A DNA stretch of 64,000 bases from Eledone cirrhosa (lineage: Eukaryota), in contig OZ024750.1 of NCBI GenBank assembly GCA_964016885.1, positions 1,240,001 to 1,304,000 on the forward strand, given 5' to 3'. Made by a program: the position numbers and the translations under genes. Below, piece by piece: positions 30,074 through 43,758 of this stretch. The notes under the pieces are model-generated. The model did no database searches and had not been told where the DNA came from. It saw only the letters and a program-made list of their open reading frames with translations. Numbering within the stretch: the first letter of the stretch is position 1; each line of letters opens with the position of its first letter.

Positions 30074-32452
30074 CTACCTTACTAAATACTACCTTACTAA
30101 ATATTACGGTACTAAATATTACCTTACTAAATACTACCTTACTAAATATTACCTTACTAAATATTACGTTACTAAATACTACCTTACTAAATATTACCTT
30201 ACTAAATACTACCTTACTAAATACTACCTTACTAAATATTACGGTATAAATATTACCTTACTAAATACTACCTTACTAAATATTACCTTACTAAATATTA
30301 CCTTACTAAATATTACCTTACTAAATACTACCTTACTAAATACTACCTTACTAAATACTACCTTACTAAATACTACCTTACTAAATACTACCTTACTAAA
30401 TATTACCTTACTAAATACTACGTTACTAAATATTACGGTACTAAATATTACCTTACTAAATACTACCTTACTAAATACTACGTTACTAAATATTACCTTA
30501 CTAAATACTACCTTACTAAATATTACGTTACTAAATATTACCTTACTAAATATTACCTTACTAAATATTACCTTACTAAATACTACCTTACTAAATACTA
30601 CCTTACTAAATATTACCTTACTAAATATTACCTTACTAAATATTACGTTACTAAATATTACCTTACTAAATATTACGTTACTAAATACTACCTTACTAAA
30701 TATTACGTTACTAAATACTACCTTACTAAATATTACGTTACTAAATATTACCTTACTAAATATTACCTTACTAAATATTAACTTACTAAATACTACCTTA
30801 CTAAATATTACGTTACTAAATATTACGTTACTAAATACTACCTTACTAAATATTACGTTACTAAATATTACCTTACTAAATATTACCTTACTAAATATTA
30901 CCTTACTAAATATTACCTTACTAAATACTACCTTACTAAATATTACGTTACTAAATATTACCATACTAAATATTACCTTACTAAATATTACGTTACTAAA
31001 TATTACGTTACTAAATATTACGTTACTAAATATTACCTTACTAAATATTACCTTACTAAATATTACGTTACTAAATATTACCTTACTAAATACTACCTTA
31101 CTAAATATTACGTTACTAAATATTACCTTACTAAATATTACGTTACTAAATATTACCTTACTAAATATTACGTTACTAAATATTACCTTACTAAATGTTA
31201 CCTTACTAAATATTACCTTACTAAATATTACGTTACTAAATATTACGTTACTAAATACTACCTTACTAAATACTACCTTACTAAATATTACCTTACTAAA
31301 TATTACCTTACTAAATATTACCTTACTAAATATTACCTTACTAAATATTACCTTACTAAATACTACCTTACTAAATATTACGTTACTAAATATTACCTTA
31401 CTAAATATTACCTTACTAAATACTACGTTACTAAATATTACCTTACTAAATACTACCTTACTAAATATTACGTTACTAAATATTACGTTACTAAATATTA
31501 CCTTACTAAATATTACGTTACTAAATATTACCTTACTAAATACTACCTTACTAAATACTACCTTACTAAATACTACCTTACTAAATAATACGTTACTAAA
31601 TATTACGTTACTAAATATTACCTTACTAAATATTACCTTACTAAATATTACCTTACTAAATACTACCTTACTAAATACTACCTTACTAAATACTACCTTA
31701 CTAAATATTACGTTACTAAATACTACCTTACTAAATATTACCTTACTAAATATTACCTTACTAAATATTACCTTACTAAATACTACCTTACTAAATACTA
31801 CCTTACTAAATACTACCTTACTAAATACTACCTTACTAAATATTACCTTACTAAATATTACCTTACTAAATATTACCTTACTAAATATTACCTTACTAAA
31901 TATTACGTTACTAAATATTACCTTACTAAATATTACCTTACTAAATACTACGTTACTAAATATTACCTTACTAAATACTACCTTACTAAATATTACCTTA
32001 CTAAATATTACGTTACTAAATATTACCTTACTAAATATTACGTTACTAAATATTACGTTACTAAATATTACGTTACTAAATATTACCTTACTAAATATTA
32101 CCTTACTAAATATTACCTTACTAAATATTACCTTACTAAATATTACGTTACTAAATACTAACTTACTAAATATTACCTAACTAAATATTACCTTACTAAA
32201 TACTACCTTACTAAATATTACCTAACTAAATATGTTACTAAATATTACCTTACTAAATATTACCTTACTAAATACTACCTTACTAAATATTACCTAACTA
32301 AATATGTTACTAAATATTACCTTACTAAATATTACCTTACTAAATACTACCTTACTAAATATTACCTAACTAAATATTATGTTACTAAATATTACGTTAC
32401 TAAATATTACGTCACTAAATATTACCTTACTAAATATTACTTTACTAAATAC
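30073..32452. repeat. 15-bp minisatellite, ~158 copies
   Basis: Unit actaaata(t/c)tac(c/g)tt; gives the spurious 717-aa NITLL ORF. Confidence 0.98.
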
Positions 32453-33226
32453 ACAAAGATATTTTACCCGGCGCTCTACAGATTGACATATAAAACCTTT
32501 AATGATAATTATTTTTATTCCTAACATATGCACAAACCAGAAATATTAGATAAGGAGTTATTCAATAAAAACGACCCGAGTATTTCACTGGTACTTGATT
32601 TTATCGAACTCCAAAGGATCAAAGGCAAATATGATCTCGGCAAGATTTAAACTCATAATGTAGAGGGTCGCAACTAACCGGAACATAACATTTTGTCCGA
32701 ATCTCTTAGAATCTCCCCCCCCCCCCCGCATGTTATAATATTCTGAGTTTTATTCATCTAGTATCATATAATAACTTTCATAATGTTTACAATTATTGTT
32801 TTCACAACTTTTTCTGTTCTAAAATAAATCGATGCAATTAAACTAGAAGCATTGTTTTCCACTTAGATGCTTCCGTTTCAAAACTAATCACACATTTTAC
32901 AGACTGTGATTTTATTTACATTACTAGATAATATATTTAATTCAATTAATTTACTTTATTCAAGAGCATCGTCAGCAAAGTCTTAAAAGAACTATTCTAA
33001 ATGCTGGTCTTAAGTTCACATCAAGCTCAATTGATTTTTTGAAACGGTTCAAATACGAAATATTGAATGCTCTTCCATAGGACATTAAACTCTCACTAAT
33101 TATATCAAGGGAATGTCCCAAATGTTGCTAGACAAACAAAAAGAGCCTTCATCTTTCTGTCATTCAAATGGCTGAAATTGTAGAACTACGTTTAACTTAT
33201 TTCAACTTAGCTTGTTGACTATTGTA

Positions 33227-33424
33227 CGAGGGTCAACTGAAACTTTCATAGGCTGACTATGAACGAGTGATGTTAGAGCTGTGAAACCTTGTATGCATTA
33301 ATTTCAACTCTTCTTATTAATAACTGCATTGTCTTTTTCCAGGGACTATATTGAAAAATAAACCTCATTTGGTCATTCCATGAGAGTATCTTGGTCAGCC
33401 TATGAACTTTTCAGCTGACTATCG
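33227..33424. mobile_element. Mariner-type MITE
   Basis: TA-flanked; TIRs cgagggtcaactgaaactttcataggctgac / gtcagcctatgaacttttcagctgactatcg. Confidence 0.85.
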
Positions 33425-33605
33425 TATCGCACTACGAATGTACCAAGAATAAATTAATATTGAAATTAATTATTTTACTCTAGAGGTATGCTTCTCATAT
33501 TTGACTATTGGGCGGCATTGGAGAACATCTGAGATGAATACAATCTTACTTTTACCTTTCTCTTCCTCTCTGACCATTTGTTACTATTGCAGTATGTGTC
33601 GCTGC

Positions 33606-33667
<62 letters not shown>

Positions 33668-33836
33668 TGTGTGTGTGTGTGTGTGTGTAAGAGGAGAGGA
33701 GGACATGATAGTGATTGAGAATGACAGTGAGAGATAGATAGATAGATTTAATACAGAGAGGGAGAGAGGGAGAGAGAGAGGGAGAGAGAGAGGGAGAGAG
33801 AGAGAGAGGGAAAGAGAGAGAGATAGAGGGAGAGTG

Positions 33837-33884
<48 letters not shown>

Positions 33885-34894
33885 GGAGGTTGGTAGAGGG
33901 AGAGAGAGAAGGAGAGAGGTAGAGGGAGAGAGAGAGATAGAGAGAGGGAGAGTGGGAGGTTGGTAGAGGGAGAGAGAGAAGGAGAGAGGTAGAGGGAGAG
34001 AGAGAGAGAGAGGGAGAGAGAGAGAGAGGTAGGACATGAGAGAGATTGAGTCCTTCATGATATCGTTGACGACGAATAGTGATCCCCTGCAGAAAACTGG
34101 GCTCGTGTGGGAAATCCTTCTATTAGCTAATCCAAATATTTATGTTAGTCGGCCTTTGATATGGGATTGTAACACTTTTCGTATTCGCTGTATATTATTT
34201 CTGAATAGAATATCATTGATTAGATAAATCACTGCTGACTTGGATTTAATAAAAAGGAATACCTCAAGTATTTCATATATTCTATCACGTTTTCAGCAAC
34301 CGCATTTTCGATTCTTCTTTTGGTTATTTTATTTTTCACATGTCACCAATATTGCAGGGAACCCGTAATAAGATACGACTTCAGAGATCTTCTGGAAACA
34401 ACAGGGTCAATCAGCAATTGAGTGATATTGCTTCTTTCCAATAGGAAACCATAAAATACAAAGAAATGATGTTTGACTTCAAGAGTTGTATTAAACTTGT
34501 GGTTTCTAACTGAATGGTTGCTATTATTGAATTCTATTTTCTATATTTGTTTTCTTTCAGAAGAGCAATCAAACGAAGAATGGAATAAAGAATCGGACAA
34601 TGAAGGAAGAGCGCTCTAGTGGCTTTGAAGGGACGGATAGGGAGAATAATGAAGAAATCTGTGCTATTTTCTTTAAGGCTCCATAAGTGGATAGGTAAAT
34701 GAAGGTCGTTTCGTTGTTAAGGAAACTGCTTTTGAAACGGCTCTCTGACATATCTACATATGTCCAAATGTCTGCATAAAACCGAGGATCCTGAAAGAAC
34801 CAACACCCTACATTAAAGGAAAAATAATATGAGATGAGGATACAACTGTATAGGACATTCAGATATCAAATAATGCGTTAGACCTTGGTGATCC

Positions 34895-34932
<38 letters not shown>

Positions 34933-34934
<2 letters not shown>

Positions 34935-35094
34935 CGAAAGAAATGTGGTGAGGAACCAGGTGGACCATAACGCACTAGAGTACTCAATACTATGGGTAGT
35001 AGTGTAGGTAATAGGAAAAGAGTCAGGATCCCGACGGCTGAGCTCCGGCCGTTTCGACAGCTAGCTCAGCCGTCGGGGTCCTGACTTTTCCTAT
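34933..35094. mobile_element. PLE-like remnant, inverted pair
   Basis: 35011-35044 is inverted at 35063-35094; 34933-34995 recurs at 42891-42955; (TA)n flanks. Confidence 0.55.
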
Positions 35095-35101
35095 ATATAT
35101 A

Positions 35102-35278
35102 TATTGAAAAATATTTCGTTATACTGAAAAATTCGTTATAACGAAATTTTACCTATGTATATATATATATACATAGGTAAAATTCCGTTATAACGAATTT
35201 TTCAGTATAATGAAATATTTTTCAATACCCGGCTACACGCCCGATGCCGTTATAAAGAATGTTTCGCGTGTGCGTGCG
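35102..35278. mobile_element. Tigger/pogo-like MITE fragment duplicated in inverted orientation across a (TA)n loop
   Basis: cgttataacg motifs; arms 35102-35160 and 35170-35227. Confidence 0.5.
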
Positions 35279-35949
35279 TGCGTCTGTGTGTGTGTGTACA
35301 TAGATAACAGTATCGTGTCGTGTAGAATGTAGAATATTCCTTTGAATCTATAACTAGGATTTAACAAGTATTTTACTGTGGAGCGATTAAAGACGACATC
35401 AAACTAGCAGAATTGAACTTCCAATTTGGAGGATTGAAACCCAATCATAACGTTGCCTGAGTACCACGCTATACTTATCACGACAATCTTTCAGATATTG
35501 AGAACTAATTTATATCAAGTACAAATAAAAAATAAATATATAGATATTACTATAAGGTATATTTATCGCATGCCTTTTTGTGATTACGTGTGAAATATAA
35601 CCTAACAGATCATTTAAAACTATATTTCAAATATAAAAATCATGTAATTACTAAAGGAGTGAACTCTTTGTTCAATTATCACTCTATTATCTCATATATA
35701 AATACATTATAGCCAATAAAGGGTTAATTTTAATGTGTACATCAAGCAAAATAATGTCATTAAAAATTTCATATAAAATCCCAACCTCAATTAACGGAGT
35801 TTCCATTTAAAAAGAACAAAACAGAGAAAGAGACATTTTCCGTTAAAATTACATTAGTCCATAACTAGATGGAAATATTTGATGGAGTGAACACTTTTCA
35901 ATATTTAGCAAATAATGATCTCATCATAACCGACATTTGTCAGTGGGAG

Positions 35950-36860
35950 TGTGTGTGAGAGAGTGAGTGTGTGAGAGAGAGAGTGAGAGAGAGAGAGTGG
36001 GGACAGAAAAGGAGAGAGAGATTGAGAGACAGAGAGGGAGAAAGCGATGGAGAGGAGTGATAGACATAAGGAGAGAATGGGAAAAGGAGAAACACGGGTA
36101 CATATGTTTATTTATTTATTGAGAGAGAGAGAGAGAGTGATAGAGAGAGTGAGTGAGAGAGTGAGTGAGTGATGGGGAGGTGTGATAGAGAGAGAGTGAG
36201 AGAGAGATGGGGAGGTGTGATAGAGAGAGAGTGAGAGAGAGATGGGGAGGTGTGATAGAGAGAGAGTGAGAGAGAAATATAAGAAAGGTTACATAGTAAG
36301 ACAGATAAGTAGAGGGGTGTGGTGAGGGGTGGGGTGAGGGATAGGTAGAGGGATAGGTAGAGGGGTGAGGTGAGGGATAGGTGGAGAGAGAGGTAGAGAG
36401 AGATAGAGGGGTAGGGTGAGAGGTGGGGTGAGGGATGGAGAGAGAGGTGGAGAGGGAAAGACAGAGGTGGAAGGAGAGAGAGAGAGGTGGAGGCAAAGAG
36501 ACAGAGAGAGATGGAGGGAAAGAGAGAGAGGTGGAGGGAAAGAGACAGAGAGAGTGAGGGAGGGAAAGAGAGAGAGAGGTGGAGGGAAATCTGTGGAAAT
36601 AAATGCAATTAAGAAGAAAAAGCAATATGAAACATTCAAGTGAAAGGATGGGGGGGGGGGGATTGATGAAAGGAAAGTGATATGTCGTATTATTGAGGGA
36701 ATGAGGGAGGGAGAGAGATGGGAAGAAAGAAAGAGGAGGCGGAGGAGGATGTGATGTTTTCAAGAGAGAAAAATTGGAGAGAGAAGACAAATGAGAAAGA
36801 AAGAGAGAAATAGGGGTAGAGAATGAGAGAAATAAAGAGAAAGAGATAGTGTGTAAGAAA
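35950..36860. repeat. Purine-rich GA low-complexity tract
   Basis: Direct reading. Confidence 0.9.
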
Positions 36861-37095
36861 GATAGATTTCTATTTATTTGCCACGAGGGCACAAAAGAAG
36901 GGGACAAATACACAGTGGGGGAGTTTACATAAATCGAGTAAAGAAAAAAGGAATAACAATAATAATATAATAATAAAAAGTCCTCAGAAGGGAGGGGGCG
37001 TGTTGGGATTGCACATACCCCCGAAAAGTGTGCAACCCTTTTCGCGGGGGAAGCCCAGAGAGGAGGCGCTCCCCCTTTCCTCTTCACTTCTTCAC

Positions 37096-40075
37096 CTACA
37101 GAACAATGTAGAGAGAAGGCCCATTTACACGAGCCATTCTCGCTTCTTTCACCCACCTTTCATAAAACTGTCTGGGGCCAAGCACTTCTCTCTCCATCCT
37201 GATCCTTCTTCCGAAGTGGTATCGGAAGAAGTAAACCAGGTGTTGGCCGGAGAGAAAGTTACCCGACCTCAGACCTTTCAGGCGCGTCCACCACACAGCC
37301 TCTTTCATCATGGCTATTACGCACAGAAAGACCGCCTCTGCTTCATTTCTAAAGGGAGGAGACGGCTTGATGTTCACCACAGACTCGGCGGCCAATCGAA
37401 TCGGCGCCACACGCGACAGCAGTCGTTCGACGTAGCCCCACAGATCGGCAACGCCCGGGCAGTGTACCAGTGCGTGCGCAACGGTTTCCTCGTCGCGCAC
37501 GCATCTGGGACAGATCTTTTTCGCGGGATCCCTGCCCGGGCGCCCGTGTCTGTAGAGCTTTTCTCGAACAGGCAGAGCCCCCCAGTAGCACTACCAGGCT
37601 AGGGACCTCTGGAAGTTGTCCATGGGTCCCGGGCCGAAAGTTCTATCGAACAGGCTGGCCAGTTCGTCCTCCTCCATGCCTAGCGACTCTCCAAGGGTGT
37701 CGTCGCCCCTGCTAACCACCAGCTCTCTATAGAATGTCGAGGTGGATTCTCCACTGATAGTCGGATCCGCTTGCCAGAGAGCCGTGAGCGCCTGGGCACA
37801 CTCGGTGTGCCAGTTGCCCAGTTTTCTCGGTCTTTGCTTCACCCAGGATTGCAGCTCGGTGAGCGAGACGAGCTGTGGGAAGGCTCGCCTCACAAACGGG
37901 GCCCACACCGGCTGACAGGTGAGGAATACCTGTAGATGCCGTAGCCTCAATGCGTGCCTACGCATCAACAGCCACGGCATACCCAGCCCTCCTTTCGAAG
38001 GGTGCTGGCAGCAGATAGATCTCCTCACCATGGGAGGCCGCTTCTTCCAGAGGAACTGGAAGAGCATGCGCTCCATGATGGTGAGCGTTTCCTTAGGGCA
38101 AGGCACGACGGTCAGGCGGTAGTAGATGACGGACGCTATGTAAGCGTTCGCCACCTCCGCCCGACTTTTCAGTGATAGTTTGCACTTGGCCCACTTCTGG
38201 GTCAGCGCAAATAGCCTGCTCGTCACCTCGCCCCAATTCTTCTCCACCTGGAGGTCCGGTCCGAACCAGACCCCGAGCAGCTTCACCGGGCCCTCCGTCC
38301 ACCGCCCGACGACACCGTCTAACGGCATCGGTTTGCCTCTCCACGTTCCGAGTTGCAAACCGACTGACTTGTCCCGGTTCAGCCTAGCCTCCGTCAGCCT
38401 TTCGTATTCCTCCAGTAGGGTGTCGATCGCCCCGATTTCCGAGGCGTCCGCCACCATTACGGTTACGTCGTCGGCATAGGCCGAGACCGCTTTGTGCAAT
38501 CCCGGTTCCAGGGGTATGCCCTGCAGCAACTCCAACTTCCGCAGCAGTGGCTCGAGAGCCAATACGTACAGAAGGGAGGAGAGGGGGCACCCCTGCCTGA
38601 TGGACCGGGTGATTTGAAACGGCTCCGAGAGGTAGCCGTTTACTTTAACCCTAGAGCAGACGTTGCCACTGTGCATGGCAGAAATCCAGCCCCTGAAAAC
38701 GGGTCCGAAGCCCGCCGCCGCTAGCACCGCATCCAGGTAACCATGGTCGACCCTATCGAACGCCTTAGATTGATCCAAGTTGATCAGGGCCCCACCAAAG
38801 CCGGGTTCGTTCCCAACCCTCTCTACGATGTATCGCATGAGGTTGAGGTTGTCGTGAATGGACTTGGACGGGATAGCGCATGTCTGCGCGTCTCCCACCA
38901 AGCCACCCACCACAAGCGCCAACCTCTTCGCTAACACCTTGGCCAAAATCTGTAACTCTGCATTCAGCAGAGTTATGGGCCTAAAGTTACTTAAGTCGTC
39001 CCCCTTGCTCTCGTCCTTCCTCACTAGCGTGACTACGCCCTTGGTCACAGAACAGGGAATTCTCCCGTTCTGTTGCCAGTTGCAATAAACAGCCTCGAGG
39101 AGTTCGGAGAACAAGTCCACATCCCCGTCCGGCCCCCCGCCCCCTCCGAACAGTCGAGCAAAGTGCCTTTGAAAGGCCTCGCACATTCGCTCAGGTTCAA
39201 GGATCACCCGTCCATCCTGGTCTCGCAAAGACCGAATGGTGGATTTAATCCCACTCTTGGCTTCTGCCACGCGGGCCCAGCTAACAGCTTTGGTCCCCTC
39301 GTTTCCTAAAGCACGTATTTTACTTCGGACAACGCAGCCTTCGTGCTTCGCGTCAAAGAACTGGCTCAACGCCGTTCTCGCCGCTAACACTCTGGCCACG
39401 TCTCCGCTCCTAATAGCCTCTTCTAGTTTATCTGTCAACTCCCTTTCCCTCCTATTTCTATTCGCTGCTAGTTCCTTACTGTAACCTATCGAACTTACTC
39501 TAATCTCTCTCTTTAGAGATACCCACCACCTGCTGTTGACGATCGCTCCCGTCAACCGCATCTTAACTAAGCTACTAATCCGGTTCCTGTAAGCTTCCTT
39601 TGCTGGCAAGGACAAGTTCATCTTCCAGTAACCGGGACCCTGTCTATGCGTTCTATCAAGGTTGACCACGCAGGTAACTAATTTGTGATCTGAATAGCCA
39701 ACCATGAGCAATTCTGGACAACTAAATACGTCCCTATCCTTACTCCTAACCAAAAACCTATCTAGGTACGATCTAGATTGACCACTGCGGTTTGCCCAGG
39801 TCCAGGTTGGCACAGTTGGAAAATCTAGTCGAAATCTATCGACCAGGTCGAATCGATCGAGTAACCCCTTGAGGCTGCTACACCCCCTCTATCGGGACAT
39901 GCCCCTGCATAGTCCCAACGCACATCTAGGATTCCATTCCAGTCCCCCACTAAAAGAAGGGAACGCGACGTTCCTAGAAAAGTCTCCAGACGCTGGAAGA
40001 AGTCGGCTCTTTCAGCCCCGAAGGGGGCATAAAGACCGACCAGTCTGAAAGCCCCGCCTTCAAACAACCAACTCT
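37096..40075 (-). pseudogene. Tx1-type ORF2 (APE endonuclease, reverse transcriptase, zinc-binding C-terminus), frameshifted and deleted
   Basis: LVGLYAP, VGDWN, YLDRFLV, SDH, FRPITLLN, LDQSKAFDRVDH, RQGCPLS, YADDV, EETVAHALVHC. Split across ORFs 39825-40121, 37591-39813 and 37096-37500. Confidence 0.93.
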
Positions 40076-40081
40076 CTATTG

Positions 40082-42223
40082 ATCTATTTTGGTGTTGAAA
40101 GTGAAGAAAGAAAAGCACCAACCTCTCCGGGTTGTGTAATTTCCATGGGGTCGGGTGTGTTGGGTGGAGGGATGTTTTATGGTGGTGTGGGGGTATCCGA
40201 GTGTGGTGGGGTTGGGGTATTTGGAGTTGTGTCAGGGAGAGGGGAGGTTATGGGGAAATCTTTCAAGAGGACGCGATTTAACGGTTTTAAACAGGGGGGG
40301 GGGGGGGCTCACGTCTTGTTTAAATTGTTCTTTTAAGGAACGATAAAGGTCCAGAGGGACCTTTATCATTTTTAAATGGGTGAAGTTCTCTGTTGAGATA
40401 AAGTTTGGCCCTTCGGTCTGCACCAAAGGGCTATTGTTTATTAATTTAAACAGTTTTTTGTTTTCTTTATTTATATATGTGTATTGTAAAGTCTTTTTTT
40501 GTGATGCTGTCAATGTTTCGAAGGGGGGAGGCGCAGATTTATTTTTGTTTGTCGAGGGTGGGGTGTTTTTGATTGGAGTTGGTGTTTGTGTGTGGGTTAT
40601 TTGTTGTTGTGGTGTGCTGGGTGTGTGCTTTCGTTTTTTTCTTTTAACTTGTCTGAAGGCTTCTCCTCCTTCTTCAGAAGTTGGGGGAAACTCTTCAGCG
40701 CTAGGTGGGAGGGACGTGGTATCTGGTTGTTTTTTTTTTGCGGGAGGGGTAGATTTGTTGCTGTTTTTTTAATTATTTGTTTGGAATGTGTTTTGTGGTG
40801 GTGGTGGTGGTGATGTTTGTGTTGTGCTTGTGGTTGGTGATGGTGGTGGTGATGTTTGTGTTGTGGTTGGTGATGGTGGTGGTGATTTTTGTGTCGTGCT
40901 TGTGTTTGGTGCTGGTGGTGGTGATGTTTGTGTTGTGCTTGTGGTTGGTGGTGTCTGTATTTTGTTTGCTGTGTGTGGTATTAGTGTATTTTTGGAGGTG
41001 GGTGGTGTTGGTGTACTGTTTGTGGTGGCTGTGGGCAATAGTCCTTTTTGGGGGATACGATTCGGGCAGTTAGCCTTAACGTGTCCCCTTTCCGTGCATG
41101 AATAGCATGCTGGTCTTCTCCCCTCTACAATTATATATATTGGGGTGAGGTCATCCAGCCAGATGCGATCCGGGATTTGCGCTATTCTTTCGGGTCTCAT
41201 TTGGACTAGTAGGTCGAGGCCCATTCCCAGGAACGCATCTCCAGATGCCTTCCCCATTGACAGCACTGTGTCCTCGCCCATGTCTATGAAGCCAGCAATA
41301 GCCCACCAGAAGTCCATTGTGGGCAGCATTGTCTGTATTTTGACTCTCTGAGTTCTTCTACCCGTGTAGGAGGGATAGAAGCTGTATGCTGTTGATGTGA
41401 GTGGGCTTAGGGAAAGCCTCTGTGCTGTTTCCTTGTCTTTTGTTAAAACAGAAATGTTGCCATAGAGTCGGTCCTTTCGTATGAAGAGAATATTCTTCAT
41501 ATGGTCTTTTAGGACCAACTCTATCTCCATTTGGCTGGGCTGTGCTGGCTTTCTTGTGTTTAGGACTGTTCTAAACAGAACAATGTTTTCAGTGTTTCTT
41601 GAATTCTGGGGGGGGGGGGGGGGGGGGATTAATGGAAAACATTCCGTTCTCCCCCAAGACTATGTGCTTTTTTGCTTCTGCCAGTTTCTCTCTGGCGGCA
41701 GTTAAGTCAATAGGTGTATATATGATAGATTTTGTTGTTGTCTGTGCGAAAGTTGTTTTTGTGTTTGTGTTATTTATGTTGGTGTATTCGTTCACATTTT
41801 TTTTTCTTTGGGGTTAGACTCCATTTTTTCAAAATCTTCACTTATATTTTCATTATCCGAGAGACTTGTAGTCACAGCTACTACTTCTCTTTCACCTTTG
41901 CTGGTGGGCGTGGCGCCGTGAAAAGTCGAAACGTCATCCATTAATTTTGGCAATTTCTCCGAGTTAATTTTTTTCACATTCTTTTCATTAGGGTTAGGTT
42001 CCATTTTTTCAATGTTTCTAATAATCATTATTCTTTCAGTAGGGTGGCTTGTTGCCTCAGCTACCCGCTCTCCTTCAGTTTGTTTAGTGGGCGTGTCATC
42101 GTTACCTGTGGTAATGGCTTCCATTACCACTAGCATAGAGACAATTGCAAGATTTTTAGGATGAAAAATTTCACCCCAAAAGGGGTGAAATAAATTAACC
42201 CTAATGTCCGAAGACCCAGGCAA
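40082..42223 (-). pseudogene. Tx1-type ORF1 (gag-like), frameshifted at homopolymers
   Basis: CYSCTERGHVKANC zinc knuckle (~41065-41107) followed by Pro/Thr-rich repeats. Confidence 0.8.
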
Positions 42224-42954
42224 GGGGGTTAATTAACACAATAATTCAAGAATACAGACAATCACTTACTGTTAACACGTAATATCTCCAATATTCGCGG
42301 AGCCGATGTGAAGCACGTCTATGCCATCCGGAGATAGATAGATAGATAGAGAGAGAGAATAAATGAGAGAAGAAAAAAGAGAAGAGAGAGTAAGAAAGAT
42401 AGATAGGTAGAGAGAGAGAGATATATAAAGAGAAAGATAGAGAGAAATATAAAGAGAAAGATAGAGAGAGAGAATGAAAGAGACAGAGCGAATAAATGAG
42501 AGAAAAAAGAAAGCAGAAGAGATAAGAGAAAGAGGTTTTTACGTTGTCAATAAACGATCAAAAGGAAACGGTTTAACCAAGTTAGCAGTTTTTATGTTGA
42601 GATGAGCGGTATTTTAGAGTAGTATTAAAGAGCAGAAAATCAATATTACTGTGGTGTTGTTAGAGTTATCAGGGTAGGATGAGATGACAAGCTTGTCTGG
42701 ACTGTTTTTTTTGAAAAGGAAATTCAATGTCTCATTTTCTAGTTTGCAACATAAATTGAAACGGCCATCATTTCATCTTTTTTGTTTCCCATACTTGTTG
42801 ATTTTATACACACACATATAACATTCTCATACACCCACACAAACACGTACACCCACACTCACTAATACACCCCCATATATATATGTATATATAACAAAGG
42901 AATGTGGTAAGGAACCAGATGGACCATAACGCACCAGAGTACTCAATACTTAGG

Positions 42955-42993
<39 letters not shown>

Positions 42994-43000
<7 letters not shown>

Positions 43001-43699
43001 ATACTTTGGGAGGGTCATGTTGCCAATAAGAAACACACGCACCAGTTGCTTTCACTTCAATTTATTATATATTTATAAATTTATAAATTTATAAATTTCT
43101 GGTTGGTTGGTTGGTTCCACAACCAGATAGTTGTTTATATATAGTCATAGTTCTTTCGTCACACACTCTGTGACCTCTTCAGTGACTGGGGATTCCTTTC
43201 TGTGTTTCTGTGCCTCTCCTTTGTTCTGTCCTACGCCATTTTGTTTCTGTGTGTGTGTTGTGTGCTCAGTCTGCGCATGCGCCACATCCGGGTGTCTGTG
43301 TGTGTTTATGTTCATTTATTTATTTGTTTATTTACATGTTACTGGTTGGTTGTTTGTTCTATGTGTGTGTGTGTTTTCATTTTGTCCTTAATTGTAAGTT
43401 GTGATGTTGCTGTTCCACTCATATTTTCTATTTAATTTTGGTTGTAATTCTTTTATGTTTATTGCCTCTGTAATTTGTCTAAACATTGCGTCTTTTCTGT
43501 GTGTAGATTCTATTTTTATTTCTATGTTCTCTAATTTACCCTTGTGTTCTATCTTAGCATGTTGGTAGAGTACAGATGATTCTTTATTATCTTGAAGGTC
43601 TCGCCAGTGTTCATTTATCCGTTCCCCTACACTACGAGCTGTCTCAACAGTTTCAACACACGATTTCAGATAAAGAATCTTGCTAAACAAATTCAGAAA

Positions 43700-43702
<3 letters not shown>
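42994..43702 (-). mobile_element. 5'-truncated Penelope-like element: GIY-YIG C-terminus, pLTR, HHR, ORF-start tail
   Basis: ETARSVGERINEH..S.LYQH..R.I.EAI.I...P.LN..EW at 43390-43648; HHR at 43143-43187; AATAAA; ends in ATGACCCTCCCAAAGTATAACAATA; (TA)n on both sides. Confidence 0.9.
43143..43187 (-). ncRNA. Complete type I hammerhead ribozyme
   Basis: AGTCA-CTGAAGA-g-GTCACA-gagtg-TGTGAC-GAAAG-aa-CTA-TGACT: 5-bp stem I, 6-bp stem II, CUA triplet. Confidence 0.88.

Positions 43703-43758
<56 letters not shown>

Larger units (their letters stand above)
36868..42330 (-). mobile_element. L1/Tx1-clade LINE, near full length, disrupted
   Basis: ORF1 with CCHC knuckle, APE/RT/Cys-rich ORF2, AATAAA at the 3' end, agatagat on both flanks. 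Confidence 0.95.

Noticed and set aside
30027-32180. 717-aa NITLL-repeat ORF
   Set aside because: Translation of a 15-bp minisatellite starting in an antisense SINE; not a gene.
37919-39484. Plus-strand ORFs inside the LINE
   Set aside because: Antisense shadows of the GC-rich ORF2.
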